Part shown: piece by piece, positions 58,131 to 64,000 of the stretch
Numbering within the stretch: the first letter of the stretch is position 1
How the letters are laid out: every line of letters begins with the position of its first letter
DNA from: Acidobacteriota bacterium
GTDB taxonomy: Bacteria; Acidobacteriota; UBA6911; RPQK01; JADFOI01
Length of the DNA stretch: 64,000 bases
NCBI GenBank assembly: GCA_963663035.1
Contig: OY760074.1
Coordinates: 2,272,001 to 2,336,000 of the forward strand
Reading direction: 5' to 3'
Notes under the pieces: model-generated
What the model was told of the DNA's origin: nothing
What the model saw: only the letters and a program-made list of their open reading frames with translations
Databases searched by the model: none
Made by a program: the position numbers and the translations under genes

Positions 58131-59090
58131 CTAAGGGAACTCATCTGGGTTGGTGGTAAACAGAGCGTCCACGTCCAGAGTGTAAAGGTAGTATGCCATC
58201 TCCACTCGCAGATTGAGGAATCCCTTTCCAACCGCAGACGATCGAAAAAGATAGGGAGTTACAGTCAGATCCGCGTTGTGAGCCCATTCTACGATGGCGG
58301 GGTTGGCCATGAGAAAGTCCTTCTCCGGACCGATGCCGCTGGCAAACTCCCGAACCCTCTGGAAACCGGCCAGGGAGACCCACTGGCTATTGCGTTCTCC
58401 CAGCAGCATCACCAGGGGTAAGGCGACTTTCAATTCCAGCGCCAGTTTTTGCAGACTCTCAGCACTGAAGGCTTGAATAACGACGGGGGTGCGTGGATCT
58501 GCACCTGGCTGATCCAGGTCATTCCTCTCAAGTTCGGTCAAGACCAGCCTTTCTACATCGAATCCATGCAGACCGTAAACCTCAGGAGTCTTGATTTCGG
58601 GAAACAGACCAGCCTTACCACGGATCGCCTGGATCGCTTCCCGCCAAGTAGGAATAAGTGCACCCGCAAATCTCTTATGGAACCAGGAGCCAGCATCCAA
58701 CTGTTTGATCTCCTCCAGCTTGAAGTCGTAAACGAACCACTGCCTTTCAGTTCCTCCAGCGCGGCTGACTTCGCGGTAACGATCCGGAAAAATCTCTTCA
58801 ACGTTGGTGGTACGCTCCAGAGTCAAATCATGAAGGCAAACCAGAACACCGTCCTTGGTGATCTGTAAATCTTGCTCAACGTAGTCAGCGCCTTGTTCGA
58901 TCGCCAAACGGTAAGCCTCCAGGGTGTGCTCGGGAGCAGATTCGGAGGCTCCCCTGTAAGCGACGACCGTCTTTTTGGTGTACTGGGCAAATGCTTGAGT
59001 GGGCAGGAAGACGAGCACAAGCAGCGCCATCATACTGCTTGTGCTCGTGACCACAGACGAGATCATCCTTGTCAGGTTAAATCTTTCCAT
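58131..59090 (-). CDS. Glycerophosphodiester phosphodiesterase (secreted)
   Basis: 'AYRGAS..APEHTL' (Tyr where the catalytic His is usual), '[18 protein letters not shown]', EIK. Confidence 0.85.
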   Translation of the reverse strand: MERFNLTRMISSVVTSTSSMMALLVLVFLPTQAFAQYTKKTVVAYRGASESAPEHTLEAYRLAIEQGADYVEQDLQITKDGVLVCLHDLTLERTTNVEEIFPDRYREVSRAGGTERQWFVYDFKLEEIKQLDAGSWFHKRFAGALIPTWREAIQAIRGKAGLFPEIKTPEVYGLHGFDVERLVLTELERNDLDQPGADPRTPVVIQAFSAESLQKLALELKVALPLVMLLGERNSQWVSLAGFQRVREFASGIGPEKDFLMANPAIVEWAHNADLTVTPYLFRSSAVGKGFLNLRVEMAYYLYTLDVDALFTTNPDEFP

Positions 59091-59137
59091 ACTCTAACCT
59101 GGACGGATTGAAAGTACCGGATAATTTGAACTGACTT

Positions 59138-59734
59138 TTAGGAGGTAAACCGCTCCTCGGCTGCCTCCCAGTTGATGAGGTTCCACCAGTTATTCACGTA
59201 CTCGGCTCGACGGTTCTGGTACTTGAGATAGTAAGCATGCTCCCAGACATCCAGGCCGAGAATGGGCACTTTACCCTCCATCAGGGGACTGTCCTGATTG
59301 GCTGTTGACACGACTTGCATGTCTTTCAATAACCAGGCCCAACCTGAACCAAATCGTCCGATGGCAGCGGCGGAGAATTTTTCCTGGAGTTGCTCCAAGC
59401 CCCCAAAGGAACTGTTGATTGCTTCACCAAGATTGCCCACTGGCCGACCGCCCTTTTCGGGGGCCATAATCTCCCAGAACAGGGAGTGGTTGGCATGGCC
59501 GCCGCCGCTATTTCTCACAGCTGTACGAACATTCTCCCCAACGGCAGCACAGTTATTGGCTAACAATTCTTCAATACTCTTGCCCTCGAGTTCAGGTGCC
59601 GATTGGACGGCTTTGTTGAGATTGGCCACGTAAGTAGCGTGGTGTTTCCCGTGATGGATCTCCATGGTTGTCTGGTCGATATGGGGTTCCAGAGCCTGGG
59701 AAGGATACGGTAAATCAGGTAGAGAAAATGACAT
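59138..59734 (-). CDS. sodA: Mn/Fe superoxide dismutase (Mn-type signature)
   Basis: [29 protein letters not shown]. Confidence 0.93.
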   Translation of the reverse strand: MSFSLPDLPYPSQALEPHIDQTTMEIHHGKHHATYVANLNKAVQSAPELEGKSIEELLANNCAAVGENVRTAVRNSGGGHANHSLFWEIMAPEKGGRPVGNLGEAINSSFGGLEQLQEKFSAAAIGRFGSGWAWLLKDMQVVSTANQDSPLMEGKVPILGLDVWEHAYYLKYQNRRAEYVNNWWNLINWEAAEERFTS

Positions 59735-59848
59735 CGTGCCTCCTTTGCGCTCCAGACCATATCAAGCTCGAACAACTTCAGCAACTAGATACTGTCGTGC
59801 TGTGCTGGGAAAGGAGGGGAGGTCCCCCATGTTTTCAGTCTTCTTGGG

Positions 59849-60391
59849 CTAGCTCAGAATATCCCGCAGAGCCACTTCATAGGCAGCATAGGTGGGGTCG
59901 TCGAAAAGGACAAACCGGATGACCGCCGGTTTTTGGTTCTCCTGCAGGAAGGAAATCACCGTGCTGAGAGCGGTTCCGGCAGCCAAGTCCACGGGATACC
60001 GATAGGCTCCCGTCGACAGGGAGGGACATGCCATACTCCCACAACCGTTCTCCACGGCCAAGGCAAGACACTTTCGATAGGCGCTGGCCAGACTCTCCTG
60101 TTCGCCGCGACCCCCGCCGCTCCAGACCGATCCTACGGCATGAATGACATACTGGGCTGTCAGCTTGCCAGCAGCCGTGATAACAGCATCACCCGTAGGG
60201 CAACCCTGAGGATAGGTTTGGCGAGTCTGGGCCATGATGCTCGGCCCTCCAACCCGGTGGATAGCCCCATCGACGCCTCCACCGCCAGCAAGTCGGCTGT
60301 TAGCGGCATTGACGATGGCGTCGCTCTGTTGCTTGGTGATGTCACCTGTGACCAGTTCCAAGGTACAGGTTCCGATCTTGAGTTCCATCAC
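59849..60391 (-). CDS. Macro domain protein (O-acetyl-ADP-ribose deacetylase, YmdB-like)
   Basis: [18 protein letters not shown], 'IHAVG', 'STGAYRYP'. Confidence 0.92.
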   Translation of the reverse strand: MMELKIGTCTLELVTGDITKQQSDAIVNAANSRLAGGGGVDGAIHRVGGPSIMAQTRQTYPQGCPTGDAVITAAGKLTAQYVIHAVGSVWSGGGRGEQESLASAYRKCLALAVENGCGSMACPSLSTGAYRYPVDLAAGTALSTVISFLQENQKPAVIRFVLFDDPTYAAYEVALRDILS

Positions 60392-62655
60392 CGCTCATCC
60401 AACAAGCGTCCCACCACAGCCACATCGTTGGTGGGAAGTTTGCAGACATAGTCTTCGCAGATGTACGCCGTTGCTTTGCCATCAATTTGCCTCAGGCTGT
60501 CCAGAATTTCCAAAGTGGTGACCAGGCGCTGTTGGGCAGGTCCCCCGTCGGCTAGAACGAGTATCTTATTGGGAAGAAATCGCTGATGAACTTCGCGCAG
60601 AATCGCCTTTGTGTCGAGTGAATCTCTCTGACCAGCAATGAGAATCTGCTTGGGCTTGTCCAAGGAAAAATTTAACGCCACCATCATCTGAGGCATAGCC
60701 TGAGGCGAGGTTTTCAGCCTCTCCTCAAAAGCCTGAATCGAACCAATTGCCATTTCTCTCCACTCCTCTTTCCCAGTCATCTGAGAAAGGCGAAGCAGGT
60801 TCAGGACCGCGATGGAATTGGGAGAAGGCTCAACTCCATCGTAGTCTTCCTTCATGCGGACCAAGATGGACGGATCCATTCCAGTTGTGTTGTAAAAACC
60901 TCCCTTGTCGAGGTCCCAGAAAAGTCGATTCTGGATTTCGGTCAGGTCCATGGCCAAAATCAACCAGCGGCCCTCCAGAGAGGTTTCGTACAGATCCAGT
61001 AATCCCTGAATAAAAAAGGCGTAGTCGTCCAACAAGCCTTCGATGGCCGCTTCCCCTTCTCGATAGCGTCTCCTCAAGCGCCCAGATAGATCGTCGTACA
61101 GTTTCTCGGAGATGAGGGTAGCGGCCCCTTCAGCGGCCCTGAGATACTTCTCCTCTTGCAAGACCTGATAACCCTTGGCCATTGAGGAAATCATGAGACC
61201 GTTCCAGGCTGTGAGCACCTTATCATCCAGTCCAGGACGAGGCCTCTTCGAACGGGCTTCCAGAAGTCTCTGCCGGCCTCGCTTAAAAATGCCTTGGATC
61301 TCATCTGGAGATTTTCCAACTTGCTTCGCCTTCTCTTCCAGAACGACCGAAGCATGCAGCAGATTCTTGTTCTTAAAGTCCCCAAAGGCGTCCCGCTCGA
61401 TGTTGCCGTCCCTCTTGACTCCATAGTAATCGAGGAAAAAAGCCTCACCTTCTTCGAGGAGCTGGACAATCTCCTGGGAGGTCCACACGTAGAACGCACC
61501 TTCGGCGTGTTCCTCGGGATGATCATGCCTGACGGGACTGTCGGCATCTTCGGCTGAGTAGAACCCACCTTCTTCCCCCGTCATGTCACGCAGCACGTAA
61601 TCGAGAGTATCAACCGCCACCTCCCGCAAGAAGGGATCGCCACTGATCTGATAGGCCTCCAAATAAGAGACTGCCAGCTGCGCCTGATCGTAAAGCATCT
61701 TCTCGAAGTGAGGGAGGAACCACTGGGTGTCTGTTGAGTAGCGATGGAATCCCCCGCCGATGTGGTCGTGAATTCCACCTCGAGCCATTTTTCCCAATGT
61801 CAGGGTTGTCATTTCGAGAGCCTTGTTCTGGCCTGTCCGGTCATGGTAGCGAAGCAGGAAATTGAAATTGACCGGCCGCGGGAATTTCGGAGCCGCTCCG
61901 AAGCCTCCCTGAGCGGAATCGTAGTTGGCACTGTACCAGTCGTAAGTGCGGTCAAGAAGTTCCTTCTCCAACTTCAGGCTACCTTCCCCCTGAACATCGC
62001 CAAACTCCTTTAACTGGTCGGTGAATCTCCCAGCCGACGTCAAGATCTCTGCACGATTGTCTTGCCACTCCCCGGCAACTCTCAGAAGGAGGTTCTCGAA
62101 AGTCTTGGGAGGAAAGTAAGTACCACCGAAGAAAGGCTGGAGTTGCGGGGTCACAAACACAGACATGGGCCACCCCCCGCTCCCTGTGGTAGCCTGCACA
62201 AAAGCCATATAGACGCTGTCCACATCCGGCCTCTCCTCTCGATCCACCTTGATGCTGACGAAGTGCTGGTTCATGATGGCAGCAATTTGGGGATTGGAAA
62301 AAGATTCACGCTCCATCACATGACACCAATGACAGGTCGAATATCCGACGGAAAGGAAAATCGGTTTGGACTTCCTTTGGGCCTCCCTGAAAGCTTCCGG
62401 TCCCCAGGGATACCAGTCGACGGGATTTTCCGCATGTTGCAACAGGTAGGGACTCTTCTCGTTAATGAGGCGATTTGTCTGAGGCTCCTGCGCTGGCGCC
62501 GAGCTCTGGGCAACAGGTGCAAGGGGGACAGGCGCAAGGCCGGCAGATTGCTGCGGTACTTCAACCGAGGTGACCAAGCGCCGTCGCATCCCCAGTGCCA
62601 CCACCACAAGAATAACGAGTGTAACAGCCACAATTCCGAGTCGTTTAGAGTTCAT
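60388..62655 (-). CDS. Thioredoxin-domain-containing protein (YyaL/SSP411 family) with N-terminal membrane anchor
   Basis: '[21 protein letters not shown]', [12 protein letters not shown], '[13 protein letters not shown]', '[13 protein letters not shown]'. Confidence 0.93.
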   Translation of the reverse strand: MNSKRLGIVAVTLVILVVVALGMRRRLVTSVEVPQQSAGLAPVPLAPVAQSSAPAQEPQTNRLINEKSPYLLQHAENPVDWYPWGPEAFREAQRKSKPIFLSVGYSTCHWCHVMERESFSNPQIAAIMNQHFVSIKVDREERPDVDSVYMAFVQATTGSGGWPMSVFVTPQLQPFFGGTYFPPKTFENLLLRVAGEWQDNRAEILTSAGRFTDQLKEFGDVQGEGSLKLEKELLDRTYDWYSANYDSAQGGFGAAPKFPRPVNFNFLLRYHDRTGQNKALEMTTLTLGKMARGGIHDHIGGGFHRYSTDTQWFLPHFEKMLYDQAQLAVSYLEAYQISGDPFLREVAVDTLDYVLRDMTGEEGGFYSAEDADSPVRHDHPEEHAEGAFYVWTSQEIVQLLEEGEAFFLDYYGVKRDGNIERDAFGDFKNKNLLHASVVLEEKAKQVGKSPDEIQGIFKRGRQRLLEARSKRPRPGLDDKVLTAWNGLMISSMAKGYQVLQEEKYLRAAEGAATLISEKLYDDLSGRLRRRYREGEAAIEGLLDDYAFFIQGLLDLYETSLEGRWLILAMDLTEIQNRLFWDLDKGGFYNTTGMDPSILVRMKEDYDGVEPSPNSIAVLNLLRLSQMTGKEEWREMAIGSIQAFEERLKTSPQAMPQMMVALNFSLDKPKQILIAGQRDSLDTKAILREVHQRFLPNKILVLADGGPAQQRLVTTLEILDSLRQIDGKATAYICEDYVCKLPTNDVAVVGRLLDER

Positions 62656-62757
62656 GGTTATTCCCTTACCCTATCTGATAGTTTAGAATATCAATATTCT
62701 CTGAGAGATTCAGGAGTTTCCTGAGGCCTGGCTCGAGTCTTTTGGACGCAAGGGAGC

Positions 62758-64000
62758 ATGATAAGAATGAAATGGATCTTGCTCATGGCAATCTCACTCG
62801 GCGCCTTCTTTCTTCTCGCCAGGACCTCGTCACCCTCACAAAGCGAGTCCATTTCAGCGGCCGAGCTCCAGCTCCTCGAGTATGTCGACTCCCATACTGA
62901 GGAAGCCATCGCATTACTGGAGCGGGTGGTCAATATCAACAGCGGCACCATGAATCCGGAAGGCGTGCGTGAGGTCGGACAAGTCTTTCGGTCTGAACTT
63001 GAGGCTCTGGGATTCAAGACCAACTGGATTCCCATGGATAGTGTCAACCGGGCTGGCCACTTCATGGCAGAACGAATTGGAAACCGCGGCAAGAGTCTTC
63101 TCTTGATCGGACACCTGGATACGGTCTTTGAAAGAGATAGCCCGTTTCAGCGATTTGAGAGGACGGACAACGTCGCCACAGGTCCGGGCGTCGAAGATAT
63201 GAAGGGCGGAATCGTGGTCATACTCTACGCTTTGAAAGCGCTGTATGCAGCTGGAGCACTGGAGGACACCAGTATTACCGTCTTTTTAACCGGAGATGAA
63301 GAGGATACGGGCGACCCGCTCAGCCTTAGCCGGGGTGATCTGCTCGAGGCGGCACGTCGAAGCCAGGTGGCCCTGGGCTTCGAGGGCGGGGTCGGGGGCA
63401 CCGGCAGTGCCACGGTGGCACGCCGCGGCTTTACGGGCTGGGAACTTCATGTGACCGGGAAGCCTGGCCACTCTTCACTGATCTTCAATGAAGAGTTCGG
63501 CAGTGGCGCCATATACGAAGCGGCTCGCATCCTGGAGGCCTTTTACGAGGAGCTGCGGGGAGAAGAGTATCTGACCTTTAGTCCAGGCATCATCCTGGGA
63601 GGTACCACTGCAGAGCATGATGCCGTACAGAGCCGGGGAGCGGCCTTTGGGAAAACGAACGTGATCCCGGAGACGGTGGTTGTTGCAGGAGACCTGCGCT
63701 TTATATCTGAGGAACAGCGCGAGAGTGCCAAGACACGAATGCGCACTATCGTTGCCCAAAACCTTCCCAAAACTTCCGCCACCGTCACCTTCCAGGACTC
63801 CTATCCAGCCATGAGTCCAACACCCGGTAACTACGCTCTTCTGGGAGAGCTGGATCAGGTGAGTCAAGATCTGGGATTCGGTTCAATCAAGGCTGTGGAT
63901 CCCGGCCTACGAGGAGCCGCTGACGTCTCGTTCGCGGCACCCTTCCTGGACGCTCTGGACGGACTCGGTGTGGTGGGATCCGGTGGCCATACCGTGGAGG
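62758..64000 (+). CDS. M20-family metallopeptidase (carboxypeptidase G2-like), 3' end beyond window
   Basis: Translated by hand: signal peptide, 'VNINSGT', 'GHLDTVF', 'GVEDMKGG', 'GDEE'; absent from the ORF track because no stop lies in the window. Confidence 0.88.
   Translation, partial: MIRMKWILLMAISLGAFFLLARTSSPSQSESISAAELQLLEYVDSHTEEAIALLERVVNINSGTMNPEGVREVGQVFRSELEALGFKTNWIPMDSVNRAGHFMAERIGNRGKSLLLIGHLDTVFERDSPFQRFERTDNVATGPGVEDMKGGIVVILYALKALYAAGALEDTSITVFLTGDEEDTGDPLSLSRGDLLEAARRSQVALGFEGGVGGTGSATVARRGFTGWELHVTGKPGHSSLIFNEEFGSGAIYEAARILEAFYEELRGEEYLTFSPGIILGGTTAEHDAVQSRGAAFGKTNVIPETVVVAGDLRFISEEQRESAKTRMRTIVAQNLPKTSATVTFQDSYPAMSPTPGNYALLGELDQVSQDLGFGSIKAVDPGLRGAADVSFAAPFLDALDGLGVVGSGGHTVE

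Overview
64-kb chromosomal window from a moderately GC-rich bacterium; the gene content suggests Acidobacteriota, but this is an inference. Housekeeping loci include a peptide ABC transporter, der, hflX, tRNA-Val(CAC), sucCD-ndk, hemE-hemY, cysM-mec-cysO, comM and a superoxide dismutase. There is also an accessory catabolic cluster (UbiD, GMC oxidoreductase with two Tat subunits, isochorismatase-family amidase, M29/NicX-like proteins, nitrilase). Mobile DNA is dense: two near-identical IS3 copies, an IS1380 element, a Y1/RAYT-type transposase cassette, two MITE families and REP-like palindromes. The strongest novel signal lies upstream of cysM-mec-cysO. It comprises a sigma70-like promoter, an apparently leaderless 62-codon uORF with 7 consecutive Cys codons, and a mutually exclusive antiterminator/intrinsic-terminator pair, which together form a candidate cysteine-sensing transcription attenuator. 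All protein calls come from motif recognition by eye; no database searches were run.
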